From Candidatus Zixiibacteriota bacterium (GTDB taxonomy: Bacteria > RBG-13-66-14 > B26-G2 > WVWN01), in the NCBI GenBank assembly GCA_050117845.1, contig JASFLY010000008.1:32001-96000 (forward strand): a DNA stretch of 64,000 nucleotides, read 5' to 3'. Both the position numbers and the translations under genes were made by a program. Positions 31,400 through 41,273 of the stretch are shown piece after piece (within the stretch, counting starts at the first letter, position 1; each line of letters starts with the position of its first letter). A model generated the notes under the pieces. It was not told the DNA's origin. It worked only from the letters and a program-made list of their open reading frames with translations, and did no database searches.

Positions 31400-31612
31400 T
31401 GGCAAAGACCTCCTAATTTATCTTCCGCCGGCTCAGGGGCCAGCAACGATTTGGAAAATTTCCCCCGGCGGTGCACGCCGAGGCTCCTAAAGTAATATTT
31501 AACATTGTAGACGCCTAAATGTCAAGGGAAAAATGGGAGAAGGCGCTTTTTTCGCCGTTCATACCTTGATAATACCTCGCCTGAAAGGCGATTCGCCCGT
31601 CCCGGAGGAGCC

Positions 31613-33016
31613 TCAGGCACCCCCGGCGCCAACTCGCCTTTTCCACCTGACACCCTCGGCGGTATCCTCGAGGACTATACCCATCGCGGCCAGGCGGTCG
31701 CGGATTTCGTCGGCCCGGGCGAAGTTTTTCTCCTTTCGGGCCTCTTCCCGGTCGGCGATAAGCTTCTCGATTTCAGCGTCCAGTACGACCGGCGCCGGGT
31801 GGAAAACGTCCAGAATCCTGTCAAACGAATCGAGCGCTTCGATGATTTCGCTACGGCCTATCCCCGATAGCCGCCCCTCGTCCATGGCCCGATTGGCCTC
31901 CGTAACGAGGTCGAAAACGGCCGCCAGCGCTTCGGCTACGGCCAGGTCGGCGTCGAGCGCCGCTTCGAACTCGGCCGCGGCGTCTCGAATTTGCTCGGCC
32001 AAATCGTCCGGGCCTTCCCCGTCGTATTCGGTGACGCGTCGGTAGAAATCGCTGAGGCGCGTTACCGAGGCCGCCGCGGCGCCCAAGCCGTCGAGCGTAA
32101 AGTTCAACTGCCTCCGGTAATGCGTCGAGATGAGCAGATAGCGTATGGCCAGCGGATCGTTGCCCTGGGCCAGGAGGTCGGGCAGGGTGTAATAATTGCC
32201 CAGCGACTTCGACATCTTCTGGCCCTCGACGATGAGGTGCTCGGAATGCATCCAGAGGCGCGCGAACGGTTTCCCCGTCGCCGCCTCGCTTTGGGCTATC
32301 TCGTTCTCGTGGTGGGGGAAGATGTTGTCCACGCCCCCGGTATGGATGTCGAAAGTCTCTCCCAAGTACTTCATCGACATGGCCGAGCATTCGATGTGCC
32401 ACCCGGGGCGCCCCGGCCCCCAGGGGGAATCCCACGAAGGTTCCCCTTCGCGGGCGGTCTTCCACAACGCGAAGTCGCGGGCTTCCTCTTTGGCGTATTC
32501 GTCCACGTCGACGCGGGCGCCGGGCTGGAGCGAGTCGGGGTCCATCCCGGAGAGTTTGCCGTACTCGGGGAACGTCGAAATGCGGAAATAAACCGCGTCC
32601 TCCGAAGTGTACGTGTGGCCCGCGGCCTCGAGCTTTTGGGTCAACGCCACCATTTCGGGGATGTGCTCCGTCGCCCGCGGGTAGTGTTCCGCGCGCTGGA
32701 TGCGGAGCGTATCGAGGTCTTCGAAGAAAGCGTCGACGTAGGGTCGCGTGTACTCCGCGAGCGGCACGCCCTCCTCCCGGGAGCCGCGTATGGTTTTATC
32801 GTCTATGTCCGTCAGGTTCATAACCTGGAGGACCTCGAAACCTTTCCACGCGAGGTAGCGCCGGAGGAGGTCTTCGAACATAAAGGTGCGGAAGTTGCCG
32901 ATGGTGGCGTGATCGTACACCGTCGGGCCGCAGGTATACATCCGAACCTTCCCGGCCTCGAGGGGCTCGAAAGGCTCCATCTGCCGGGTCATCGTGTTGT
33001 AAAAATTTATAGCCAT
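31613..33016 (-). CDS. cysS: Cysteinyl-tRNA synthetase
   Basis: MYTCGPTVY, GRPGWHIECSAM, FPHHENE, KMSKS. Confidence 0.97.
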   Translation of the reverse strand: MAINFYNTMTRQMEPFEPLEAGKVRMYTCGPTVYDHATIGNFRTFMFEDLLRRYLAWKGFEVLQVMNLTDIDDKTIRGSREEGVPLAEYTRPYVDAFFEDLDTLRIQRAEHYPRATEHIPEMVALTQKLEAAGHTYTSEDAVYFRISTFPEYGKLSGMDPDSLQPGARVDVDEYAKEEARDFALWKTAREGEPSWDSPWGPGRPGWHIECSAMSMKYLGETFDIHTGGVDNIFPHHENEIAQSEAATGKPFARLWMHSEHLIVEGQKMSKSLGNYYTLPDLLAQGNDPLAIRYLLISTHYRRQLNFTLDGLGAAAASVTRLSDFYRRVTEYDGEGPDDLAEQIRDAAAEFEAALDADLAVAEALAAVFDLVTEANRAMDEGRLSGIGRSEIIEALDSFDRILDVFHPAPVVLDAEIEKLIADREEARKEKNFARADEIRDRLAAMGIVLEDTAEGVRWKRRVGAGGA

Positions 33017-33179
33017 ACGCTATTCCCCGGATTTTTAGGGGCGCCATATTAACAAAAAAAAGCACCCGATTAAAGCGTAAAAAACGATTTTCCGCCGTCC
33101 CACGGTTTGACCGGGGAGCAGAAATTATTTATAATAGCGTTTATCGGACCCACGCTCGATCAACCGGAGTTGTCAAACT

Positions 33180-33749
33180 ATGAAGAATAGAAGAGATAGG
33201 GTCGAGATACCTATCGGCGACGACGAGCCGGAAGGACGGCCCGCCCCGAAAGACGAAATTGAAGAACGGCTGGTCCGGGCTGAAGAGGAGGCCCGGGCGG
33301 CGAAGGACGAGCTTCTCCGCCGAATCGCCGACCTCGACAACACGCGCAAGCGCCTCGCCCGCGAGCACGACCGGGCTTGCGCCGCCGCGGCCCAGGGGAT
33401 AGTGGAGCAGCTCCTGCCGGTGCTCGACGACCTGACGCGGGCCATCGACGCCGCGGACGCCGACGAGGCCGTCCCCCAGCACCACGTCGATTCCATCCGC
33501 ATGCTGGACCGGAAGATCTACGAGGTCCTGCGCAACGAGGGCCTGGAGGTAATCCGCGCCCAACGCGGCGACCCGTTCGACCCGGAGGTCCACGAGGCCG
33601 TGGCCGCGGCCTGCGACCCCGAGTTGCCCGAAAACGCCATCGTCGCGGCCTGGGACCCGGGCTACAAGTTCAAGGGCGTCCTCTTAAAACCCGCCCGGGT
33701 GGAGGTCTGCGTGGCGCCGCGCGAAGGGGGCGAGGGGCCGGCGGCTTAG
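33180..33749 (+). CDS. grpE: Nucleotide exchange factor GrpE
   Basis: LRRIADLDNTRKR, LLPVLDDL, FDPEVHEAV, GYKFKGVLLKPARV. Confidence 0.92.
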   Translation: MKNRRDRVEIPIGDDEPEGRPAPKDEIEERLVRAEEEARAAKDELLRRIADLDNTRKRLAREHDRACAAAAQGIVEQLLPVLDDLTRAIDAADADEAVPQHHVDSIRMLDRKIYEVLRNEGLEVIRAQRGDPFDPEVHEAVAAACDPELPENAIVAAWDPGYKFKGVLLKPARVEVCVAPREGGEGPAA

Positions 33750-33767
33750 GCCGCTTTGCGTACCGGT

Positions 33768-34880
33768 ATGGCGGACAACAAGGATTTCTACGCGACGCTC
33801 GGCGTGCCCGAGAAAGCTTCGGACAACGACATTAAAAAGGCTTATCGCCAGCTCGCGATGAAGTACCACCCCGACCGCAACAAGGAGGACGGCGCGGCCG
33901 ACAGGTTCAAGGCCATCAACGAGGCCTACCAGACGCTGTCCGACCCCAAGAAGCGCCAGGAATACGACATGCTCCGCAAGTACGGCGGCGCGTTCACCGG
34001 GCCCGGCGGCCCGGGGGCCGGGGGTTTCGACTTCTCGCAGTACGGCCAGCCGGGCGGCGGCCAGTCCGTCGAGTTCGACCTGGGTGACCTCGGCGGCCTG
34101 GGCGGCCTCTTCGACCAGATTTTCCGAGGGGGCGGGAAAGGAGGTCGGCAGGCCGAGCCGACCACGAATAACGACATCGAGATGAACATCGACGTGCCGT
34201 TCTCGACCGCGGTCAAGGGCGGGACGGCCAAGATAAACCTGGGCCGGGAGGAACCCTGCCTGACGTGCGCCGGCACCGGCGCCGCCCCCGGGACCCAGCC
34301 GCGAACCTGCCCTCAGTGCGAGGGCCGCGGCACCGTCGTCATGGGGATGGGGAAGTTCGGCGTAACGCGGGCCTGCCCCACCTGCGCCGGCAAGGGCACC
34401 GTCGTCGACACCCCCTGCCCGGACTGCAAGGGAAAGGGCTCCCGCCGGGCCAGGCGGCCGCTCAAGGTCCGCATCCCGTCCGGCATCAACGACGGCGGCG
34501 TCATCCGTGTCAAAGGAGAGGGGAACGTCGGGCCGGGCGGCCTGCGCGGCGACCTCTATATCACCGTTCGCGTGAAGGAGGATAAGCACTTCCGTCGCGA
34601 GGGGCTGGACACCTACGGCGAGGTCGAGCTGAATTTGTCCGAGGCCGTGCTGGGAGCGAAGAAGGAAGTCGAAACGGTTCAGGGTAAAGTAAAAATAAAA
34701 ATACCGGCGGGGATTCAGGCTGGGAAGAAGATACGCATAAAGAAAAAGGGCGTCCGCGACGAGCGGACGGGCCGCGTCGGCGACCACTACGTCCTGGTGA
34801 AAGTGGACGTTCCCAAGAAGATGACGCGGGAGCAAAAAGAGCTCTTCGAGAAGTACGCCGCGGCCATGGGGTGGACCTAA
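33768..34880 (+). CDS. dnaJ: Chaperone DnaJ
   Basis: J-domain HPD, G/F region, four CxxCxGxG repeats. Confidence 0.96.
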   Translation: MADNKDFYATLGVPEKASDNDIKKAYRQLAMKYHPDRNKEDGAADRFKAINEAYQTLSDPKKRQEYDMLRKYGGAFTGPGGPGAGGFDFSQYGQPGGGQSVEFDLGDLGGLGGLFDQIFRGGGKGGRQAEPTTNNDIEMNIDVPFSTAVKGGTAKINLGREEPCLTCAGTGAAPGTQPRTCPQCEGRGTVVMGMGKFGVTRACPTCAGKGTVVDTPCPDCKGKGSRRARRPLKVRIPSGINDGGVIRVKGEGNVGPGGLRGDLYITVRVKEDKHFRREGLDTYGEVELNLSEAVLGAKKEVETVQGKVKIKIPAGIQAGKKIRIKKKGVRDERTGRVGDHYVLVKVDVPKKMTREQKELFEKYAAAMGWT

Positions 34881-34881
34881 C

Positions 34882-35973
34882 GTGCCGCGTGGGAGGCCGA
34901 GTATGGGGAGAGGACCCGGGAGGGGAAGGCTGTACCTGGCCGCCGTGGCGGCGGCTGTGTTCCTGGCGGCCGGCGTCGCTGGCGCGTGGATCGTCGAGGA
35001 CGTTCCGTACGAACCCGCGAAGATAGCGAACAAGGACTTCCAGCGGGGCATGACGTATTTCCCGGTCGACCGGATGTTCGACCCGGGGTCGAAACAACTT
35101 AAGAACGTCGACCGCATGCTCGCCACCGGCGCCGAGTGGGTGGCGCTTGTGCCCGTCTGGTACCAGCGGGACAAGTCCGCCACGGCCATAAGGCCGGACT
35201 CGATTAAAACTCCCTCCGATAAATGCGTGCGGACCGTCATCCGCTATCTCCACGAAAAGGGCGCCAAGGTGATGCTGAAGCCGTACGTAGACAGCCACGA
35301 CGGCACCTGGCGCGCGAAGTTCGAGCCCACGAGCACCTTCGCGTGGTTCAATTCGTACCGGGGTTTTATGAACCACTACGCTGACATGGCGGCCGAGGAG
35401 GACGTGGAACTCCTCTGCGTCGGCTGCGAGTACAGTTGGTGCGACGAGGCCGAGTACGATTCCTGGGAAGTCGTCATGGATTCCGTGCGCTCGCGCTACG
35501 ACGGCGAGATAACGTACGCGGCGGACTGGAAGAACTACCGGGACGTTTGCTTCTGGGAACTCGTCGACTTCGTCGGCGTCGACGCCTATTTCCCGCTCTC
35601 GGATGAGGACGACGTCGCGCTCTCGGATCTGGTGAAGACCTGGGACTACCGACTGGGCCGGATGGGCGATTGGCGCCGCGACGCCCGGTTGACCGATAAA
35701 AAGATAATCCTCACGGAAGTTGGTTATCAATCGCGGCCGGCGTGCTGGAAGACGCCAGCCTTCACCAAGGACGAACGGCCGGACGCCAAGGCCCAGGACG
35801 TCTGCTACCGAGCTCTCCTCATGACGGCGCCGGGCCGCGCCTGGCTGGCCGGCATTTACGTCTGGTCCTGGGACAACTGGAGCCCCAACTCCGGCGGCCT
35901 CAACGACAACAAGTGGACGCCCAAGGGCAAGCCGGCCGAAAAAACCCTCTCCGATTTTTACAAAGGCGACTGA
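34882..35973 (+). CDS. Secreted glycoside hydrolase family 113-like (beta-mannanase-like)
   Basis: KVMLKP, CVGCE, ITYAADW, FW..VDFVGVDAYFPL, ILTEVGY; signal peptide. Confidence 0.8.
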   Translation: MPRGRPSMGRGPGRGRLYLAAVAAAVFLAAGVAGAWIVEDVPYEPAKIANKDFQRGMTYFPVDRMFDPGSKQLKNVDRMLATGAEWVALVPVWYQRDKSATAIRPDSIKTPSDKCVRTVIRYLHEKGAKVMLKPYVDSHDGTWRAKFEPTSTFAWFNSYRGFMNHYADMAAEEDVELLCVGCEYSWCDEAEYDSWEVVMDSVRSRYDGEITYAADWKNYRDVCFWELVDFVGVDAYFPLSDEDDVALSDLVKTWDYRLGRMGDWRRDARLTDKKIILTEVGYQSRPACWKTPAFTKDERPDAKAQDVCYRALLMTAPGRAWLAGIYVWSWDNWSPNSGGLNDNKWTPKGKPAEKTLSDFYKGD

Positions 35974-35991
35974 CGCCGCACCGGGAACTTA

Positions 35992-37929
35992 ATGGAAGAA
36001 GCGGGCGAAGCCGGGAAAGGCCGCCGCGGGCCGGCGCTAATGCTGGCCGCCGCCGCGGCCGTTTTGTTCTTCGTCCTCTACGCCCGGACGGCCTGCCCCG
36101 GGGCTTACTGGCAGGACTCGGGCATATACGTCCGATCCGTTTGCCTTCTGGGCAACTGCTATCCCCCCGGTTACCCCGTTTACCTCTGCGCCGCCCACCT
36201 CTTTACCGCCATCCCGGCCGTTGACGCCGTCGCGGGCCTTAACCTCTTCAGCGCCGCCGCGGGCGCCGCTGCGGCCTTCTTCGTGGTCCTTCTTTGCCGG
36301 CGGCTCTTCCCGGCGGACGGCTGGGGTGCCGTCGGCGCGGCGGTCGCCGCGCTCGCGCTGGGCGCGGCGCCGGCGGTCTGGGCGCAGGCCACCGTGGCGG
36401 AGGTCTACACGCTAAGCTTGGCGCTGGCGGCCGCGACCGCCTATCTTCTCGTGCGTTGGGGCGGGGGGCCGGACGGCAGGCCGCTTCTCGCCGCGGCCTT
36501 CGTCTACGGCCTGGCCTGCGGCGTTCACCCCCAGCAGGCCGCGTTCCTCCCGGCGTACGTCGCGTACGTCCTGTGGGCGGGAGGCCGGCGCGCGTTGTCG
36601 CCCCGGCTCTTGTGCGGGATGGCGGCCGCCTTCGTCCTAGCATTCTCCGCTCATTTATATCTACCCATCCGTTCGGCCGCGGGCGTGGCGGCGGATTGGG
36701 GAAAGCCGGACACGCTGCGAAACTTCTTCTACCACCTGACGGGGAGGACCTACGGCCGGGAGCTTTTCTCGGCCTCGGCGGCGCTGGTCGGCGCCCGGGG
36801 CCGCCTGGCCGCGGACCTGTTCCACGGCCAGTTCGGCTGGCTCGGCCTCGTCGCCGGGGCGGCCGGCGCCGTCTGGCTTTTCGCGCGGCGCCGGAAGGCC
36901 GCTGTCCTCGTCTTCGGCGCGGGGGCATTGGCGGCCGCGTTTATCCTGAACTACTACTCCGCCAACTGGCGCAGCTGGTACGTCGCGCTCTACATGGCCT
37001 GGGCGCTCGGGTGCGGCGCGGCGGCGGCCTGGCTCTGCGGAAGGGCGGCGGCCTGGAGAAGGCCGGCCGGCGTAGTCCTCGCGGCCGGGGCTATCGTCTT
37101 GGCCTCGCTGCCGCTCGCGTCCCGCTTCGGTCCCGCGGACCGTTCGGATTACCCCTACGCCGACGACGCGGCCGGGAACGCCCTCCGGCTCGTCGGGCCG
37201 CGAGCCACTTTTATTACGAGTTACGAGGGCAGCGCGCTGGTTGGGCCCGTGGCGGCGCTCGTCACGGCGCGCTACGGCCGGCCCGACGTCTACTTCGTTG
37301 ACGGCGCGGGGACGCGCCTCTTCCACGACTTCTTCGAACTCATGGCCGCCGCGGATCGGGACGTGGGCGCGACGGTACCGACGGACCGCTACGTCGAGGC
37401 TTTTCTGGCGCTCGTCGGCGACCGCTCGCGCGATTACTATATGCTCTACCCGTTCACGCCGCTCCGTTCGTACGGTTACGGGTACGAGAAACGCGCGCGG
37501 CTGTGGCGGCTCGTCCCGCCGGGCGGGGGCGTGGTGGGCCGGGACTGGTGGGCGTTGTACCGGCGCCGGGGCCTGGAACCGGAGCCTCCGGCGTACGTCG
37601 ACTACTGGGGCGGCACCATCCTCGCGTCCCAATATATAGACGAGGCGGGCGAGCGACGCGCCGCGGGGGACGAAGGCCGGGCCGTTTTCTGCCTCGCGAC
37701 GGCCGAACATCTGGGCCGCCGGTCGGAGAGCGGCCAGTTAAAACTCGGCGTATACGCGGAATTGCGGGGCGACCTCGACGCGGCGCTCCCGCACTACCGC
37801 CGGGCCGTCGCGCTCGACCCCACGTTCCGGGGCGGCCGGGAGAACCTGGTGCGGGCGTACGAGGCGACGGGGGACGAAGGCCGGGCGGCCGAGGAGGCCG
37901 CGGCCCTCTCGGCGCTCTACCCGGAGTGA
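35992..37929 (+). CDS. DUF2723 / TMEM260-like GT-C glycosyltransferase with C-terminal TPR
   Basis: DSGIY..LG..YPPGYPVY, WAQATVAEVY, LYLPIRS..DWGKP; multi-TM. Confidence 0.82.
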   Translation: MEEAGEAGKGRRGPALMLAAAAAVLFFVLYARTACPGAYWQDSGIYVRSVCLLGNCYPPGYPVYLCAAHLFTAIPAVDAVAGLNLFSAAAGAAAAFFVVLLCRRLFPADGWGAVGAAVAALALGAAPAVWAQATVAEVYTLSLALAAATAYLLVRWGGGPDGRPLLAAAFVYGLACGVHPQQAAFLPAYVAYVLWAGGRRALSPRLLCGMAAAFVLAFSAHLYLPIRSAAGVAADWGKPDTLRNFFYHLTGRTYGRELFSASAALVGARGRLAADLFHGQFGWLGLVAGAAGAVWLFARRRKAAVLVFGAGALAAAFILNYYSANWRSWYVALYMAWALGCGAAAAWLCGRAAAWRRPAGVVLAAGAIVLASLPLASRFGPADRSDYPYADDAAGNALRLVGPRATFITSYEGSALVGPVAALVTARYGRPDVYFVDGAGTRLFHDFFELMAAADRDVGATVPTDRYVEAFLALVGDRSRDYYMLYPFTPLRSYGYGYEKRARLWRLVPPGGGVVGRDWWALYRRRGLEPEPPAYVDYWGGTILASQYIDEAGERRAAGDEGRAVFCLATAEHLGRRSESGQLKLGVYAELRGDLDAALPHYRRAVALDPTFRGGRENLVRAYEATGDEGRAAEEAAALSALYPE

Positions 37930-38160
37930 GAATAGGGCCGGGCCGGCCGTTTTGACTTGTAAAGGGTCGCGCGAACGGTTACAATATAAGCGCCCGGTAG
38001 GGCGTAAAATGCCCTTCCGGAGGATATAATCGGAATCGCGTCGGCGAACGATTCGCGACGCGTTAAAGACCGGCGGCGCCAAGCACTCGGCGTCGCCGTC
38101 CCGCCGGAACGTAAACGTTTCCCAAAAAGGTATAATCGTTCATACTAGGTTCTTTGTGCT

Positions 38161-39477
38161 ATGAAAATACTAACGCTTAACTGCGGCAGTTCGTCGCTCA
38201 AGTATTTGTTCTTCGACGCCGCCGAGGAGCGCGTTATTGCCCGTGGCGCCGTGGAGCGCATCGCGGTCGGGGGCGCATTCATTCTGCACCGCTCCGAGGG
38301 AGCGGCCGGGGAGAAGCCTATTCGCCGGGAGTGCGATTGCCCCTCGCACCGGGAGGCCATCGACCTCGTCCTGGAAACGCTGACGAGCGGCGGGGGCGCC
38401 GTCATCGGCGACCTCGAGGAAATCGCCGCCGTCGCGCATCGCGTCGTCCACGGCGGGGAAGAGCTGAACCGGTCCGTCCTTATCGACGACGGCGTTTTGA
38501 AAATCATCCGCGACTGCATCGGCCTGGCTCCCCTGCACAATCCGCCGAACATCGCCGGCATCGAGGCCGCCCGGTCGCTGTTGCCGGACGTCCCCCACGT
38601 CGCCGTCTTCGATACCGCCTTCCACCACACGATGCCCGACTACGCGTACATTTACGCCCTGCCGTACGAGTGGTACTGCGACCTGGGCCTGCGGCGCTAC
38701 GGCTTCCACGGCACGTCGCACCTCTACGTCTCCCGGCGGGCCGCGGCGCTTCTGGGAAAGGAACCGGGCGAGGTCAACGTCATCACGCTCCACATCGGCA
38801 ACGGCGCCAGCGCCTGCGCGGTGCGGCAGGGCGTCTCCGTCGATACGTCGATGGGCCTGACGCCGCTCGAGGGCCTCGTCATGGGTACGCGTTCGGGCGA
38901 CGTCGATCCGGCGATCCCGTTCCAGGTCACCAAGGACCTCCCCCTCGCCCCGCCGGAGGTATACAGCATCCTCAACCGCCGCAGCGGCATCCTGGGCCTG
39001 ACGGGGATGTACGCCGACCGGCGGGACGTGATGGAACACTACAAAGAGGACGCGGCCTGCACCGACGACGATTCCGAGGAACCCGGCTCGGCCTACCGCT
39101 GCAAGCTGGCTTTCGAGGTGGAGAGTTACCGCCTGAAGAAATACGTGGGGGCGTACGCCGCGGCGCTGGGCCGGGTGGACGCCATCGCCTTCACCGCCGG
39201 CGTGGGCGAGAACTCGCCGGAGGTGCGGGCGCTCGCGCTCGAGGGCCTGACGGCCATGGGCATCGAGGTGGACGCTGACCGGAACGACGAGGCCCCGCGC
39301 GGCGCGGAGGTCGAGATATCGTCCGCGGCCTCGGCCACGAAGGTCTTCGTCATTCCCACCGACGAGGAGCGCGTCTTCATCGAGGACACCGTGGCTCTGT
39401 TGAACGGCACGTACGACCTGCCGGACCGCTTCGTGTACTCCTTCCAGAAGGCGGACTACCGCGTCGGCGCGAAGTAA
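38161..39477 (+). CDS. ackA: Acetate kinase
   Basis: NCGSSSLK, HRVVHGG, APLHNP, FDTAFH, YGFHGTSH, FTAGVGEN, IPTDEE. Confidence 0.96.
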   Translation: MKILTLNCGSSSLKYLFFDAAEERVIARGAVERIAVGGAFILHRSEGAAGEKPIRRECDCPSHREAIDLVLETLTSGGGAVIGDLEEIAAVAHRVVHGGEELNRSVLIDDGVLKIIRDCIGLAPLHNPPNIAGIEAARSLLPDVPHVAVFDTAFHHTMPDYAYIYALPYEWYCDLGLRRYGFHGTSHLYVSRRAAALLGKEPGEVNVITLHIGNGASACAVRQGVSVDTSMGLTPLEGLVMGTRSGDVDPAIPFQVTKDLPLAPPEVYSILNRRSGILGLTGMYADRRDVMEHYKEDAACTDDDSEEPGSAYRCKLAFEVESYRLKKYVGAYAAALGRVDAIAFTAGVGENSPEVRALALEGLTAMGIEVDADRNDEAPRGAEVEISSAASATKVFVIPTDEERVFIEDTVALLNGTYDLPDRFVYSFQKADYRVGAK

Positions 39478-39669
39478 CTGCTATATATCGTAGATTTAAA
39501 AGCGGCCCCGCGGGGCCGCTTTTTATTTTGGGGAAATCCGCCCGTCCGGCCGCTGCGGCGGGGACACGTTGGGGCTTGATTTTCCGGCGCCGGGAGGGTA
39601 TTAATAAAGGGTGAGCGGCCGGCGGGCGCGGGCCGCATCGATAACGCACTCCCGCGAGGAGGATAGGTT

Positions 39670-40320
39670 ATGCTCAAGCGTTTGGCGCTTTTCGCGGCGG
39701 CCGCGGCACTGCTGTTCCTGGTCGTCTCCTGTTCGGAAGACGAAGAGGAAAACGGCGGGGGCGGAACGCCGCCTCATAACGAGAAGGAGACCAGCGTCGT
39801 CTTCGTCGGCGCCTCCATCACCGAGGCCTGGAGTTTCAGCACCTACTTCAACGGCTACAACTTCCACAAGGTCGTTCACTACGACTGGGTGAAGAGCGAC
39901 GCCTGGAACGAGGTCCCGCCCCACAGCCCCAAGATTGTGGTGGTTAAGGAGTGCGCGGCCTATTTCGACCTGGGCGGCGATACGCCCTTCAACGAATTCT
40001 ACGCCGAGATCCGCAAGATGGTGGGCCTTATTCAGGGCATCAACGCCACGCCGGTCCTCGCGACGACGGTCCCGGTGGACCCGGGCTTCGGCGGCTGCAC
40101 GCAGGCCCAGCTCGACGACATCCGCGAGTTCAACGACTGGATACGGAATTATTGCACGGCCCAGGGTTTCGTTTGCCTCGACCTCGCGGCGGCCATCGAG
40201 GACGGCCAGGGCCAGCTCCCCCGCGACTGCCACGACGGCGACGGCCTGCACCCCAACGAGAAGGGCTACAACACGCTCAGCCCCATCGTCCTCCCGGCGC
40301 TCCGGGACGCGGGGCTGTAA
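39670..40320 (+). CDS. SGNH/GDSL-family hydrolase lipoprotein
   Basis: Lipobox VVSC; FVGASITEAW; DGLHPN..GY. Confidence 0.8.
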   Translation: MLKRLALFAAAAALLFLVVSCSEDEEENGGGGTPPHNEKETSVVFVGASITEAWSFSTYFNGYNFHKVVHYDWVKSDAWNEVPPHSPKIVVVKECAAYFDLGGDTPFNEFYAEIRKMVGLIQGINATPVLATTVPVDPGFGGCTQAQLDDIREFNDWIRNYCTAQGFVCLDLAAAIEDGQGQLPRDCHDGDGLHPNEKGYNTLSPIVLPALRDAGL

Positions 40321-40393
40321 CCCCCCCCAATATGTAATGAAGAAGCCGGCCTGCGGGCCGGCTTTTTTACCTTTATTCGTCCTGCGAAGGCGG

Positions 40394-41146
40394 CTACTTC
40401 CAATTAATAAAGAAATTCATCTGAGGGTAGAAGTCGTCGCGGGCGAAGACGTAACCGACATTGTCGCCTTCAGCGTCCACTATTTTAAGAGGGTAGTTGC
40501 AATCTATACGGCCTAAGGACGCCGGGGCCGTTACGGTGAACGTCGTGAACGCGCCGCCGAGACCCCAGAAACGTTCCTTCCCTAAGAGGTACGTGAACGT
40601 CGAACCAGTCGTCGGTTGTTCGTATTGAACCCGGACCTTCGTCTCAACCCGGGCCGCCGCGTGAACGTCGAACGCTATCTTTTTCTTTTTCCACTCGAAC
40701 GTGATTTCTTCGCCGGCGCCGTCGGCCACGCTTACGTTCTCCGCCGGGCCGAGGCCGCGGCCTTCCCCGAATGGACAGGCCGCCGCGAAGGTTTTCGCTT
40801 TGTCGGCGTCATTGAGGAAGACGTACTCGGCGGATACTGCTACGCGGCCATCGTATACGGCGATGTCGACGGATTCCTCGGCGAGTCGGAACGTCGCGTC
40901 CGGGACGACGACGCTCAAACCGTAAGCGGCGTAAGTCGCGGCGGCGGTAATGCCGAGTACGATCGCGGCTGTACCGAGGAGTAAAGCCCAACCCCAACCT
41001 TCGAGGCTGTCGCCCTGCGCGTAGGAGGGCGACGCCGCGAAGGTTAAAACTAAAACCACGATTAACGCCAATTTGCAATACTTGTCCACTAAAGGGATTT
41101 TATTACGGAAAGGGTAAATTCGCAATAGGCCGACGCTATAAATCAC
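40394..41146 (-). CDS. Hypothetical exported/membrane protein (true start probably near 41089)
   Basis: Signal peptide plus a TM segment followed by a beta-rich domain (LAEESVDI..VSAEYVFLN). Confidence 0.55.
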   Translation of the reverse strand: MIYSVGLLRIYPFRNKIPLVDKYCKLALIVVLVLTFAASPSYAQGDSLEGWGWALLLGTAAIVLGITAAATYAAYGLSVVVPDATFRLAEESVDIAVYDGRVAVSAEYVFLNDADKAKTFAAACPFGEGRGLGPAENVSVADGAGEEITFEWKKKKIAFDVHAAARVETKVRVQYEQPTTGSTFTYLLGKERFWGLGGAFTTFTVTAPASLGRIDCNYPLKIVDAEGDNVGYVFARDDFYPQMNFFINWK

Positions 41147-41273
41147 GCGGTACGAGATAACCAGTATTGGTATGTGAATAGTTTCGGTTATAAAACCCGC
41201 CCTTTATTTTTCGGGCGGCTTTTTTTATAATGGGCGGGATAGAAACCAACCGCTTTTCCGGGAGCCGGTACTT

